64,000 nt of DNA from Terriglobus sp. GTDB taxonomy: Bacteria; Acidobacteriota; Terriglobia; Terriglobales; Acidobacteriaceae. The stretch lies in the NCBI GenBank assembly GCA_965198455.1, contig CBDAPM010000003.1, forward strand, positions 862,801 through 926,800, given 5' to 3'. Both the position numbers and the translations under genes were made by a program. Shown here one piece after another: positions 1 to 10,274 of this stretch. Under the pieces are notes generated by a model that made no database searches, had not been told where the DNA came from, and worked only from the letters and a program-made list of their open reading frames with translations. Position 1 is the stretch's first letter. Each line of letters begins with the position of its first letter.

Positions 1-655
1 GTTGGAACCTCAGAAGAAACGCGAGCTGCTTGGGGTCCGAAGCCATAGCCAGTCCAAAGGCACGCGTCTGAGGTAACGAGAAGAGTTCGATCAGTTCAGG
101 TATACGGAGCGTTGGCGCATCTGCATAGAAAGTGTTCAACAGTACGAGCCCTGCGATTGACTTGGGTTTTGAAAGGGTGAAGTTGATAGCTGCCACCCCG
201 CCGGCATCATGGGCGACCGGCATAATGCTGTCGAGTTTGAGGAAGTCGACAACCGCGTGCAGATCTCCGAGTTGCTGCTTAAAGCCATAGTCGACTCCCG
301 CAGGTTTGTCGGAGGCACCGAAGCCAAGGAAATCGAAGGCTACGACATGACGGCCAGCGGCAACAAGCACTGGGATCAAGAGGTCATAGATATGCAGATT
401 GTCAGGATAGCCGTGCAAGAGAACAAACGTCGGCCCCTTCCCCTCGTACTCACGGGCATACAGAAAGTGACCTTCTCGCGGAATGCGGTGTTCTACGAAC
501 AGAGCTAAGGACTCCGAACCCTTTGATTGCGGTGCTTCCACCCCACGCAATGGGTTCTCAGGTTGTTGCTTCTCCACTATTGCTCTTGTGGATGACGGCG
601 CTACGAGCCAGGCTGCAGAGGCACCAATTCCGGTCACTATCTCTCGTCTGTTCAT
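1..655 (-). CDS. alpha/beta hydrolase, epoxide-hydrolase/haloalkane-dehalogenase-like; partial, 3' end runs off the window
   Basis: Absent from the ORF track because no stop lies inside the window. Own minus-strand translation from ATG 655..653: MNRREIVTGIGASAAWLVAP...LLHGYPDNLHIYD...FDFLGFGASDKP...PVAHDAGGVAAINF. It has an HGxP oxyanion motif, an H-D-x-G-G Asp-nucleophile elbow and an RR-containing Tat-like N-terminus. ORF 209..508 (+) is its antisense shadow. Confidence 0.75.
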   Translation of the reverse strand, partial: MNRREIVTGIGASAAWLVAPSSTRAIVEKQQPENPLRGVEAPQSKGSESLALFVEHRIPREGHFLYAREYEGKGPTFVLLHGYPDNLHIYDLLIPVLVAAGRHVVAFDFLGFGASDKPAGVDYGFKQQLGDLHAVVDFLKLDSIMPVAHDAGGVAAINFTLSKPKSIAGLVLLNTFYADAPTLRIPELIELFSLPQTRAFGLAMASDPKQLAFLLRFQ

Positions 656-880
656 CTGTCACTACCCTTCAGAACGCACGCTCATTGTGATCGTTGGAGC
701 GGCATACCCCCTGACCATAGAATTCCCGGTGACCCTGGTCTTCCCAAATAAGCTCATGCTTTGGCGGGAATAGCCTAAGATTGCCCGCACTTGATCATGG
801 AACAGCTTTTGAGCTGAAAATGGGAAAAGGCGGCACTTTCTACAAAGAAGATGTCTCTCACCAACCCGTAGTGTCGAACG

Positions 881-2497
881 ATGACACAGCCAGCTCATGC
901 GCCGCCAATCGGGACTGTCGGTGCTGACAAAAGACAGGAAATCAGCAGGTCCGTCACGCTTGCGGCCCTGACACTTGCCAGCTCAGCAGAGACTTGGACC
1001 ACGTCTGGCGTGAGTCTGACTCTTACAGATCTAACGGGCACTCTGAGCGCTTCCAGCGATCAAGCTAGTTGGGCTCTAACGGTATACATGGCTGCGTTTG
1101 CCGTCTCGATCGCTCTGTCAGATCGCCTCTCCTTAAAGTATGGAAACCGGCACTTCCTCACAGCTCTCTGCTTGTCTTATGCGATCGCATCGGTAGGGTG
1201 CGCGCTCAGCACCGACCTGAGTACGTTTCTTATCTTTCGTGCTATCGCCGGATTCGCGGGCGGAGCATTTCTTGTCCGTGCATTCGTTTTTTTCACACAG
1301 CAATATGAGCCTGCGGCTCGTCCTATACCCCTGGTTGGCTACGCGATCGCCTACTTCTTTGTTGGTAGGTTCTTGTCGCCGGTGATATGCGGGTGGCTCG
1401 CAGATGTTGCTTCGTGGAGATTCCTGTTTGTTGTGCCAACTGTCTTCATGCTCACGGCCGCCTGGCTGTTCAATCGGCACGGAGCGGATCACTGGGCGGA
1501 GGAGGATTCGCGTAAGCCTCTCGACTCATTCGGCATAGGGCTTCTTGTTCTCGGTGCGGTCTGTCTGCAAACCGCCTTGAGCCGCGGCGAGGTAGACGGC
1601 TGGTTCGAGTCTTCAACACTTTTCAACTTTTTTCTGGTAGGTGTTACTGCAAATTTCATCTTTGTGCTGTGGCAACTTTCTTCCTGGAACAAACACCCCC
1701 TTCTTGATTTTGCGATCCTTCGCAATTCTTTAGCTCGCGGCGGCGCCATCCTGGGCTTTCTCGTAGGGTTGCTGCTGGCCGGCAGCCTCTACGTGATCCC
1801 CCAGTACCTACGGAATCTTGAAGTTCATTCTGCTTTTCAGACAGGTTTGCTTCTCAGCATAGGCGGTGCGGCCTCTGTACTGGTGCTTTGTTGCTTCCGT
1901 TCGATCATCCCTCTATTCGCGAAGATCGGCGGGACTAGCGTACTTCTTTTCGCCCTTGCAGTAGAGATAGCGTCGCAACTCCTCTTTGCGCACTTCGTAA
2001 CGACGGATACTCCCGATCGAGATCTGTGGCTCCCCTTAGCACTAAACGGGATATTCGTTGGTCTATCCGTTCCTACCCTTGGGATTGTGGCGTTCGCAAC
2101 GGTCGACAACCAGAAGGCTTCGAACGGTCGCGCAATGTATTACGGATGCAGACAACTCGGCGCATCCGTGGGGGTTACGCTATCGGCAGTCCTCATCGAC
2201 CGCAGGATGTCCCTTCATTCGTTGAGGCTCCTCGACGCCTTTGTTAATCGAAACCTTTCGATCCTTGGACAAGCTTCATATCTCAGTGACAGCACACTGT
2301 CCGCGATGGTAAGGAAGCAAAGTTCGGTGTTGAGTTTTGCCGATACCTTCTACACAATGGCTTTTGTGGCCGCGGTCACCGTGTTCTTCGTTCCGCTTCT
2401 TTCCGCGACCGCGCCAGACCCATCACCCACCCGCAATTCTCTGGACGAACAGGGCTCCGCGACCCTTCGGCAAGCCGTCGCTGGAGTGCGCCGATGA
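881..2497 (+). CDS. MFS transporter, DHA2 (EmrB/QacA-like) family, divergent member
   Basis: 538-aa polytopic ORF. It is first in an operon whose stop overlaps the start of the TolC-like gene (2494-2497). Confidence 0.8.
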   Translation: MTQPAHAPPIGTVGADKRQEISRSVTLAALTLASSAETWTTSGVSLTLTDLTGTLSASSDQASWALTVYMAAFAVSIALSDRLSLKYGNRHFLTALCLSYAIASVGCALSTDLSTFLIFRAIAGFAGGAFLVRAFVFFTQQYEPAARPIPLVGYAIAYFFVGRFLSPVICGWLADVASWRFLFVVPTVFMLTAAWLFNRHGADHWAEEDSRKPLDSFGIGLLVLGAVCLQTALSRGEVDGWFESSTLFNFFLVGVTANFIFVLWQLSSWNKHPLLDFAILRNSLARGGAILGFLVGLLLAGSLYVIPQYLRNLEVHSAFQTGLLLSIGGAASVLVLCCFRSIIPLFAKIGGTSVLLFALAVEIASQLLFAHFVTTDTPDRDLWLPLALNGIFVGLSVPTLGIVAFATVDNQKASNGRAMYYGCRQLGASVGVTLSAVLIDRRMSLHSLRLLDAFVNRNLSILGQASYLSDSTLSAMVRKQSSVLSFADTFYTMAFVAAVTVFFVPLLSATAPDPSPTRNSLDEQGSATLRQAVAGVRR

Positions 2498-3987
2498 GAA
2501 GGTCTCCATGGTCGTCTCTTCTTACAATCTGTATCACTCTCGGGGTGGCAGTTTGTTTGACAAGAACTGGCAGAACGCAAAGTACCGGAAGCGGCAGTTC
2601 CGCTCAAAATACGGTCGACACCCCTCGTCCCTTCAACCCCGGTCAAAACACCACCAACCCAAGCGCTTTTGCGGTGCAGTCCCAAAATCCCTTCCTTGGC
2701 AGCGTGCCGACAGGACCGGTGATCCCAGGGACACTGCAGCTCTCTTTACGCGCCGCCGTGGACCTGGCACTTCGGACAAATCTTGGTTACATCGACTCGG
2801 AACAGGATCACCAGCGGTCGCGTGCAGCAAGGATCCGCGCGCTCTCGACACTGCTTCCTCAAATTGGAGTCGAGTCCACCGAAGACTACAGAAATCTCGT
2901 GATGGACGCCTTGGGCACCGAGAAGCTTGGAGTTCCGCATGTCGTTCAGGGTTACAACTACCAGGCAGCTCACGCCACTCTCCAGCAGCATGTTGTAGAT
3001 TTCCGCGCATTTCATGAGGTCAAGGCTGCAAGCCAAGAGATGGAGGCTTCCGCGGCGTCGATGGCCGATGCGAGGAACATCGTCGTTCTAGCTTCAGTCA
3101 GTTCCTACCTGCTAGTTGCGGCGAGTCAAACAAGGCTAGAAACCGCACGGGCACAATTCGAAACTGCCAAAACCATTGAGTCCATTCTGTCGAGCAGAGT
3201 GGCACATGACCTCTCTCCTCAGATCGACGAGATAAGAGCGCACGTTGCTATGCGTTCTGCTGAACTTCGAGTGACTCTTGCGACGACCACGCTGGAGAAG
3301 GACAAGCTAGCCTTGACCCGTATCATTGGCCTTCCCATTGAGCAAGAGTTTGCCTTGACGGATAGGTTGAGGTTCCTTGAAACCCCGCCCACCGATCAGG
3401 CGGAGCTGCTATCGAAAGCCTCAGAAAAGCGCCAAGACTTACGAGCTGCGAGGTCGCGCCTTGATGCAGCTGAGCAGAGTGTGAAGGCGGAACGAGCACA
3501 GCGGTTGCCGACCGTGGAGGTACTCGCCAATGGCGGTGAAACGGGCATCACTTATGGACACCCCTATCGAGACTATGACGTCGAGGGGAGAATCTCAGTG
3601 CCTATCTTCACTGGTAGGCGAATCGAGGCGGATGTCCTGAACGCAAAGGCAACCGCCGACCGGCGGAGAGCCGAGTTCGCGGACACGCGGGCAAGGGCAG
3701 TATTCGATGTCCGGACGGCCCTTCTGGATCTGACAGCTGCCAGCAAGAGCGTCGAAGTCTCCCTGGAAAATCAAGCCTTGGCCGTCGAGGGCCTGCGCCA
3801 GGCAAAGGACCGATTCGACGTTGGTGTGTCGAATGCGGCCGATCTCATACAAGCTCAGCAGTCCGTAGCTGAAGCGGAGGATAACCGGATCGCCAGCATC
3901 TATGCGCACCAGGTCGCGAAGCTGATGCTCATTCGAGCGACCGGCACAGCAGAGCAAGACTACATATCGTACCTGGGGGTGCACTGA
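2494..3987 (+). CDS. TolC-family outer membrane efflux protein
   Basis: 497 aa with a signal peptide and two long coiled-coil repeat halves typical of OEP/TolC proteins. Coupled to both neighbours by overlapping stop/start codons. Confidence 0.85.
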   Translation: MRRSPWSSLLTICITLGVAVCLTRTGRTQSTGSGSSAQNTVDTPRPFNPGQNTTNPSAFAVQSQNPFLGSVPTGPVIPGTLQLSLRAAVDLALRTNLGYIDSEQDHQRSRAARIRALSTLLPQIGVESTEDYRNLVMDALGTEKLGVPHVVQGYNYQAAHATLQQHVVDFRAFHEVKAASQEMEASAASMADARNIVVLASVSSYLLVAASQTRLETARAQFETAKTIESILSSRVAHDLSPQIDEIRAHVAMRSAELRVTLATTTLEKDKLALTRIIGLPIEQEFALTDRLRFLETPPTDQAELLSKASEKRQDLRAARSRLDAAEQSVKAERAQRLPTVEVLANGGETGITYGHPYRDYDVEGRISVPIFTGRRIEADVLNAKATADRRRAEFADTRARAVFDVRTALLDLTAASKSVEVSLENQALAVEGLRQAKDRFDVGVSNAADLIQAQQSVAEAEDNRIASIYAHQVAKLMLIRATGTAEQDYISYLGVH

Positions 3988-5183
3988 TGTCATTGACCGA
4001 GACCAAAAGCAGGAAAGCCAGCAACACTCTGCTCGTAGCACTATTCGTCGCGGTACTGATAAGCGCGCTCTTGGGCTGGCACTTTGTGCTCCATCCCAGC
4101 GAGGTGAGCACGGACGACGCGCAGATAGACGGGCACGTTCACCCGATCAACACTCGAATCGGAGGGACCATCATCTGGGTGAACCCAAATGTTGAAGACA
4201 CCTACTACGTAACGGCGGGTACTGTGATCGCACATTTGGATCCCAATGACTATCAACCAACGGTCAATCGATTAGAAGGCGATGTACAGGCGTCCGTAGC
4301 GCAGGAGCGAGCAGCAGTGCTGAACCTTCCTATCGCTTCAGCGACCGCTCTGAGTAGGCTGACCTCAGCTCAGGCCTCGCTTGCGGAGGCAGATGCAGAC
4401 TTGGAATCTGCCTTGTCGCAAAAGACCGCAGCCGAAGCAACGGTTGCTCAGACGGAGGCGAACTATCGCAGAGCAGAAGACGATAGGGTCCGATATCAAG
4501 CACTAGTGACGACACACGAGATCTCACGATCCGAGTACGATCAGCGCGAGGCGGATTCTAAAGGTACAAGGGCTCTCCTCGCCGCCGCTCAGGCCAACAG
4601 CGCCGGTGCCGACCAGAAGATTGAGGCTGCGCGCCAAAAAATCAAAGAGCGGCAAAGCGATCTTCGCATGGCCGAGACCGCACCAGAGTCAATCGCGAGT
4701 GCGCGTGCAAACGTGCTCCGCGCTGCAGGTGAAACAAAGAAATCCCAAGCCACGCTTTGGAATGCGCAGCTTGACCTCGGCTACACAAACCTGGTCGCGC
4801 CTGTCAGTGGAATCGTGGGTCGTAAATCTATGGAAGTTGGACAGCGAGTGGCAGCCAACCAATTGATGCTAACCCTTGCACCGCCTAAGGACGTGTGGGC
4901 CATTGCCAACTTTCGGGAAACGCAGCTGAAGGAGATGCGCATCGGCCAGCCTGCAACTGTGCACGTCGATTCGATAGGTCGAGACTTTCAAGGAAGCGTA
5001 GAAAGTATCGGAGGGGCTACCGGGTCCAAGTACTCAGTGATTGCCCCAGACAATGCAACCGGCAACTATGTGAAAGTCGTACAGCGCATCCCCGTGCGCA
5101 TTCGGCTGAGTGGTCTTGAAGCAGCAGGTCCTCTCTTGTTACCCGGTATGTCGATCGAAGTTTCAGTTCGAGTGAGCCCATAG
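3987..5183 (+). CDS. HlyD-family membrane fusion protein (EmrA-like)
   Basis: 398 aa: N-terminal TM helix, STDDAQIDGH motif, long coiled coil, C-terminal beta-barrel segment (VKVVQRIPVRI). TGATG overlap with the upstream gene. Confidence 0.9.
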   Translation: MSLTETKSRKASNTLLVALFVAVLISALLGWHFVLHPSEVSTDDAQIDGHVHPINTRIGGTIIWVNPNVEDTYYVTAGTVIAHLDPNDYQPTVNRLEGDVQASVAQERAAVLNLPIASATALSRLTSAQASLAEADADLESALSQKTAAEATVAQTEANYRRAEDDRVRYQALVTTHEISRSEYDQREADSKGTRALLAAAQANSAGADQKIEAARQKIKERQSDLRMAETAPESIASARANVLRAAGETKKSQATLWNAQLDLGYTNLVAPVSGIVGRKSMEVGQRVAANQLMLTLAPPKDVWAIANFRETQLKEMRIGQPATVHVDSIGRDFQGSVESIGGATGSKYSVIAPDNATGNYVKVVQRIPVRIRLSGLEAAGPLLLPGMSIEVSVRVSP

Positions 5184-5233
5184 CTCACGGTCTGACCTGT
5201 CCTCGCCTCTATCTGCGAAGTCTGATCGCCGGG

Positions 5234-5452
5234 CTAGAGATGGCGTATGAGTACGAAAAAGAAGACCACCGCGAGAACCACCATCCCCACCAGTAAAGTC
5301 GACACAAATATGAGCGCGCCGCGCTCCTTTGCGGGAGTCGGAGGTGTGATACCAACGGTGAGGATGAACGCTTGTGAGATCGCCCGCAGCGGATTTTTCA
5401 TGGTGTTTCGCATCGCTTGATCTATCGCAGATAGATGTCGTACAAGCAGCAA
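5234..5452 (-). CDS. hypothetical small membrane protein
   Basis: 72-aa ORF with one strongly hydrophobic C-terminal helix (LIFVSTLLVGMVVLAVVFFFVLI). No recognisable family. Confidence 0.25.
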   Translation of the reverse strand: MLLVRHLSAIDQAMRNTMKNPLRAISQAFILTVGITPPTPAKERGALIFVSTLLVGMVVLAVVFFFVLIRHL

Positions 5453-5713
5453 CGATAGAAGAACAAGGGGTGGAGTTCTTTGCGAAAACGACTCTCATTT
5501 GGCGCAGACGATAGGGATCAACGGCAAACTCGACGACCGGAGAAGTTCGCCCAAAAGAGCGAAACCATTTGGCAGCAGCACTGCCAAAATGCAGTGCGAT
5601 TTGAAAATCCTTCTTGGGGCAAGGTCAGTAGTCTCGCTGTATTGGCAACCGGGACATTGTCTCTGGTAGCTGGTCTGGTATCTGTTCAACCAGGGCGGAA
5701 CAAAGGAGATCCA

Positions 5714-6625
5714 ATGACAAAGTCGAAGATTTTGGTGACCGGCGCGACCGGGGGAACCGGCGGCGCGGCAACACGCTTCCTGCGCGATGAAGGGCATGAA
5801 GTACGAGCATTTGTCCTGAAGGACGACGCGCGGGCCGACGAATTGCGCTCCCTGGGGGCGGAGATCGCGGTAGGCAATCTCCTGGATATCGATAGCGTTC
5901 GCGCGGCGATGGAAGGCGTTGGTGCTGCATATTTCGTCTACCCTCTTGCCCCGCAACTCTTGGAGGCAACGGTCGCCTTTGCACAGGCAGCAAAGGAAGC
6001 GGGGGTTGGTGCCATCGTCTACACATCCCAAATGACCTCAAGACGCGATTCTAAGAGCCATGCGGCTCAGAGCCATTGGCTCGCCGAACAGGTGTTCGAT
6101 TGGTCCGGTGTGCCTGTCACCCACCTTCGGCCAACCCTGTTCGCCGAGTGGTTGCTTTACCCCTTCTCTTGGAAGGACTATGCGACCAAGGACACACTAG
6201 CGCTTCCATTCGGTCGGGGAAAGTTTGCGCCGATCACTACGGAGGATCAGGGGCGCGTGATTGCAAAGATATTGGCAGATCCCGCTCCCCACGCAGGCCA
6301 TCTCTACAAATTGCTTGGTCCGCTCGAACTTGACGTATATGGGATCGCCGCCGCCGTGAGTGAAGTGCTGGGACGCACCATCACGTACACTCCGCTCGAA
6401 GTCGATGAGTTCTTAGCGATTCTCGGGAAGATCCCAGACTACTCCTCGCCTTTCTTTACCCAGCACATCGGGGCAGTGGCCTTGGATTGTCAGAATGGAA
6501 TAACCGGCGGAACGAACGACGATGTTGAGCGGATTACGGGACGCCGACCGATGACCATTCAAGAGTTCGTCACCAAACACAAAGCCGCGTTCGAGATTAC
6601 CCCGAACTCCAAGGCAGCCGGTTAG
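5714..6625 (+). CDS. NmrA-family NAD(P)-binding protein
   Basis: ILVTGATGGTGG Rossmann motif. Start moved from track ORF 5480 to ATG 5714, which is preceded by AAAGGAG. Paralog of 17951..18862. Confidence 0.85.
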   Translation: MTKSKILVTGATGGTGGAATRFLRDEGHEVRAFVLKDDARADELRSLGAEIAVGNLLDIDSVRAAMEGVGAAYFVYPLAPQLLEATVAFAQAAKEAGVGAIVYTSQMTSRRDSKSHAAQSHWLAEQVFDWSGVPVTHLRPTLFAEWLLYPFSWKDYATKDTLALPFGRGKFAPITTEDQGRVIAKILADPAPHAGHLYKLLGPLELDVYGIAAAVSEVLGRTITYTPLEVDEFLAILGKIPDYSSPFFTQHIGAVALDCQNGITGGTNDDVERITGRRPMTIQEFVTKHKAAFEITPNSKAAG

Positions 6626-6748
6626 AGATGACCAGCCGCCCAGTGAGACGCGCCAATACTACCTGCAGCCGACGCGGGTGATTCAAACGGCTAGTTCGTA
6701 TCCCGCGTCGAGGTCTTATCCCTAAAGTAGTCGCATGTGTGACGATCA

Positions 6749-7405
6749 TTGTTTTCACACCAGGGGCCGCAAATGTACAACGGACTCAGATCATCGAATG
6801 CGGCTCGAGACACCCGAATGGGGGTAGGGAGCGAACACGTACCTGACGATCGCCTTGTAGAACAGATCAGGATAGGAAGTCATGAAGCCTTCGAGATTCT
6901 TCGAGGTAGGCACGAGAAGCGTCTACTGAACACGGCGATTCATATCCTGCGGAACAGAGAAGATGGCGAAGACGCCGTGCAAGATTCCTTCCTGAAGGCC
7001 TACCGGCGCATCGAGACCTTCAATGGACGGTCTGCCGTTTCGACCTGGCTGACTCGAATCGTCATCAACACATGCTTGATGCAGTTGCGAAGGCAGCGTA
7101 CGAGACCCAGCGTGTCTCTCGATGATCCGAACGAACACGGTCTTTCCAGGCTAGATGGCATACCCGACCGAACACTTAGTATCGAGGCTTCTTACGCCGT
7201 ACGGGAGAGGCGTGAGTTACTGTCAATTGCAGTGTCCCGGTTGAAACCCTCACTGCGTTCCGTGGTCGACGCCTACCGTCACCACGACTACACGATGGCC
7301 GAACTCGCGGAACAAAGCGGCTTGTCGGTACCTGCCGCTAAATCTCGTTTGCGGCGGGCACGTCAAGCTCTGGAGAGATCCCCGGTTATGACCGCATGTA
7401 GATAG
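6749..7405 (+). CDS. ECF-type RNA polymerase sigma factor (sigma-70 family)
   Basis: Region 2 (EDAVQDSFLKAYRRIETF, TWLTRIVINTCLMQLRR) and a region 4 HTH (YTMAELAEQSGLSVPAAKSRLRRAR). The true start is uncertain (ATG 6773 or 6818 possible). Confidence 0.85.
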   Translation: MFSHQGPQMYNGLRSSNAARDTRMGVGSEHVPDDRLVEQIRIGSHEAFEILRGRHEKRLLNTAIHILRNREDGEDAVQDSFLKAYRRIETFNGRSAVSTWLTRIVINTCLMQLRRQRTRPSVSLDDPNEHGLSRLDGIPDRTLSIEASYAVRERRELLSIAVSRLKPSLRSVVDAYRHHDYTMAELAEQSGLSVPAAKSRLRRARQALERSPVMTACR

Positions 7406-7463
7406 TCTTCTCCACGATGTTGTTGCACGCATCGCCACAAATTTGCCTTCAAGGAGTTCGCCC

Positions 7464-8147
7464 ATGAATTACCTCCCGCTTCCTATCAGTGTCTTTTTTC
7501 TGGGAGTCAGTGCTCTGGCTCTCTTCTTGTTTGGCAAAGCCGTTAGCGGGTCCAAGCCGGCGATCGTGCTTTCGCTGGTTTGGATGGTGTTGCAATCGGT
7601 TATCGCAGTCAGTGGCTTTTACCTGATCACGAGCACGATCCCGCCACATTTCATCCTTGTGGTCGCCCCGCCCATCCTTCTAATTGCTGGCTTGTTCCTC
7701 ACGGGAGCTGGTAGGCGCTTCGTTGATCGGATGGACCTGAAGTGGTGCATCCTCGTACACACGATCCGGATCTTTGTGGAGGCCACTCTCTACTGGCTAT
7801 TCCTGTACAAGCAAGTACCCGCACTGATGACGTTTGAGGCTGGTAATCTCGATATCCTGGCCGGCGTAACGGTGCCTTTCGTGTGGTGGGCGTTCAACAC
7901 CGGAAAGATGGGAAGAAGAGGTTTGTTCATTTGGAACGCCCTCTGTCTACTCAGTGTGCTCAACGCTCTCGGCCGAGCGATGCTCTCCGCCCCGTTTCGC
8001 TTCCAGCGCTTCGCCTTTGATCAGCCGACAGTCGCTATTCTTCATTTCCCGTTCGTGATGCTGCCCGCGTTCATCGTTCCAGCTGTTCTGCTGTGCCATT
8101 TTGCGCTCTTTAGAAAGCTAACTTCTTCGATGAGCTTGCCCCAATAA
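7464..8147 (+). CDS. hypothetical polytopic membrane protein
   Basis: About 6 predicted TM helices. ATG 7464 is preceded by AAGGAG (7451-7456). It lies directly downstream of the ECF sigma gene. Confidence 0.6.
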   Translation: MNYLPLPISVFFLGVSALALFLFGKAVSGSKPAIVLSLVWMVLQSVIAVSGFYLITSTIPPHFILVVAPPILLIAGLFLTGAGRRFVDRMDLKWCILVHTIRIFVEATLYWLFLYKQVPALMTFEAGNLDILAGVTVPFVWWAFNTGKMGRRGLFIWNALCLLSVLNALGRAMLSAPFRFQRFAFDQPTVAILHFPFVMLPAFIVPAVLLCHFALFRKLTSSMSLPQ

Positions 8148-8199
8148 CGTTGTTCTTGGGCTCTGTGGCTGGTCGATAGGACAGCTCTCCTTTCGTTTT

Positions 8200-9825
8200 T
8201 TAGAGACGGTACTCAATCTCAGCGACACCCAGCGCGATCTTGGACTTTCTTACCGTCGTCAGGATCACAAGTGTTCCGACAAGGGTGGTCAACGCGCAGC
8301 CGAACATCACATGCCGGTAGGCAGTTACAAACGAGCTTTCTACCATTTCTTCCGCACGCAACCCCGGCGAAGACCCAAACTGTTGAGGGATCGGGATGGC
8401 AAGCATCAGCCCTTCTGAGTGAACGAGTATGCGTTGCATCTCGACCGGTAAGCCCGACGATTGCATTTGCCTTCCAAACTCATGGTTGAACGTGTGGCTG
8501 ACAGCCACAGCCACGATTGAGACTGAGATGAGACCGCCAAGCCTGGATACAGAGTTGTTTACTGCGGATGCGACCCCCCTGCGGCTGGCGGCGACGGAGG
8601 ACATGAGAAAAGACGTAAGAGGTGCAACGGTCAAAGTGATGCCCACACCCAATACCAGGACTCCAGGCAGAAAGCCATATGCGTAACGGGTTTCCTTCGA
8701 GACCAAGCCTAATAAGGCGAAACCTCCCGCTGTCAGGGCTGAGCCCGCCACCATGAACTTCACTTCACCTACTTTGGCAGCTATCGTACCGACCCTTCCG
8801 GAGAAGGCGAACATGATCGCAATCATCGGCAAAAAAGCAGCGCCCGCGGAGCTGGGCAAGAGATGCCGTGCGCCAATCAGGAAGTACGGAACAATGTAGA
8901 ACGCCCCGCCGAGCGCCCCGTAGGCAAGGAAGGTCAGGACGTTCGCACCAGAAAATGCGGAACTTCGAAAGAACGAGAGCGGAACGAGAGGGTTTTTGCT
9001 ACATCGTTGAGACAGGACGAAGACAGTAAGCAAAACCAATCCAGCGAAAAGTGAGAGACCGATGCGCGGATTTTTCCAGCCGAGTTGCGGCACGAAAGAC
9101 AGGGCGAAAACGATGGCGGCGAATCCTAGAATGTTGAGCGCTGCACCCCGATAATCCAGAGGAGCAGGGGCGGCTGCCGAACGGGCAACTGTCGCGCGCC
9201 TAAGCTTGGGGGCGAGCCACATTATCCAAACAGTCAGGGGAATATTGAGAAGGAAGATCGCTCGCCAGCTAGACACCTGGACTAGCCATCCGCCGACTAT
9301 GGGGCCAATTGCGATCGAAACAGAAGTCCAAGCTGACCACGCTCCGATAGCGCCGGCGCGCTCGCCTTCAGGGTAGGTATCAGAAAGTATTGCGAGCGCT
9401 TGCGGGATCAGTAGTGCTGCGCCGAAGCCTTGGATTGCACGCGCCAAGATCAGCTCGGTAAGGTTCAACGACGCTGCACAGCCGATCGAGGCTAGAGCGA
9501 ATACAGCGACACCCAACAGGTACATTCGCGTTCGGCCGAAGCGATCGCCCAAAGCTCCGCAAAACAGAAGCAGCGCCGAGCCTAGAAGAGAATAGGCCTG
9601 GACAACCCAGAGGATGTGGGAGGAAGTGGCCCTGAAACTAGCCTGAAGCGTCGGTAAAGCCACATTCACAACGGACCCGTCCATGAATGCCATGGATGAT
9701 CCCAGCACAGTGAGTACGAGGATTGATCGTCGATCGGAGGCAAGGCACCGCGAGTCCGCTGCGGCCTGGACCCCGGCTGCGACACATGGCGGACTCATCG
9801 GCGACCGAGAAACGGCAGATGTCAT
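8200..9825 (-). CDS. MFS transporter, DHA2 (EmrB/QacA) family
   Basis: 541 aa with a 14-TMS-type layout and the motif LGDRFGRTRMYLLG. Confidence 0.85.
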   Translation of the reverse strand: MTSAVSRSPMSPPCVAAGVQAAADSRCLASDRRSILVLTVLGSSMAFMDGSVVNVALPTLQASFRATSSHILWVVQAYSLLGSALLLFCGALGDRFGRTRMYLLGVAVFALASIGCAASLNLTELILARAIQGFGAALLIPQALAILSDTYPEGERAGAIGAWSAWTSVSIAIGPIVGGWLVQVSSWRAIFLLNIPLTVWIMWLAPKLRRATVARSAAAPAPLDYRGAALNILGFAAIVFALSFVPQLGWKNPRIGLSLFAGLVLLTVFVLSQRCSKNPLVPLSFFRSSAFSGANVLTFLAYGALGGAFYIVPYFLIGARHLLPSSAGAAFLPMIAIMFAFSGRVGTIAAKVGEVKFMVAGSALTAGGFALLGLVSKETRYAYGFLPGVLVLGVGITLTVAPLTSFLMSSVAASRRGVASAVNNSVSRLGGLISVSIVAVAVSHTFNHEFGRQMQSSGLPVEMQRILVHSEGLMLAIPIPQQFGSSPGLRAEEMVESSFVTAYRHVMFGCALTTLVGTLVILTTVRKSKIALGVAEIEYRL

Positions 9826-9828
9826 AAG

Positions 9829-10220
9829 TTATTGCGCTGGAGCGAACATGGCGTTGCCGCTGACCGTTTTCTCAGGTGGCACCTCCTCCTGCATTACATC
9901 CCAATGCTCAACGAGCTTGCCGGCGACAACCCGAAAGATATCGACTGCAATCAAAGGCTTGGCTGCCCAACCTGTGTACCGGCCGTGAATGGCAACGAAC
10001 TCGCCTTCAGCGATGACCATGCCCATTTGTACGTAAATTCGGCCGGCAACGCACGAATCAGCTCAGGGATAGCAACACTGCCATTCGCAATTGTAGGGTT
10101 GTGTTGCGTGTAGTTGGTATCGAACAGCTTTTGGGGCACATCGGTGTCTCGTTTGATGAAGACCCCTGTGATCGCCTCGATAGCAATCGCCCTGTTCCTT
10201 GCAGTTATCTCGTCACTCAT
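9829..10220 (-). pseudogene. SnoaL-like / NTF2-fold protein, disrupted by a -1 frameshift
   Basis: Track ORFs 9951..10220 and 9829..10026 are the N and C halves of one ~130-aa SnoaL-like protein (...NYTQHNPTIANG...AEFTYK | MGMVIAEGEFVAIHGRY...VDIFRVVAGKLVEHWDV). The total length of 392 nt is not a multiple of 3. The break lies at the A-run (plus-strand TTT 10026-10028). Confidence 0.7.
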
Positions 10221-10274
10221 CGGATCTCAATTCTCATGGTGTGGGGTAAAGATTTATTGCCGGTCACTTGCGGT

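Noticed and set aside
209-508. 99-aa + strand ORF at the window start
   Set aside because: It is the antisense shadow of a much better minus-strand alpha/beta hydrolase reading frame (HGxP, HDxGG motifs) that the ORF track missed because it has no stop inside the window.
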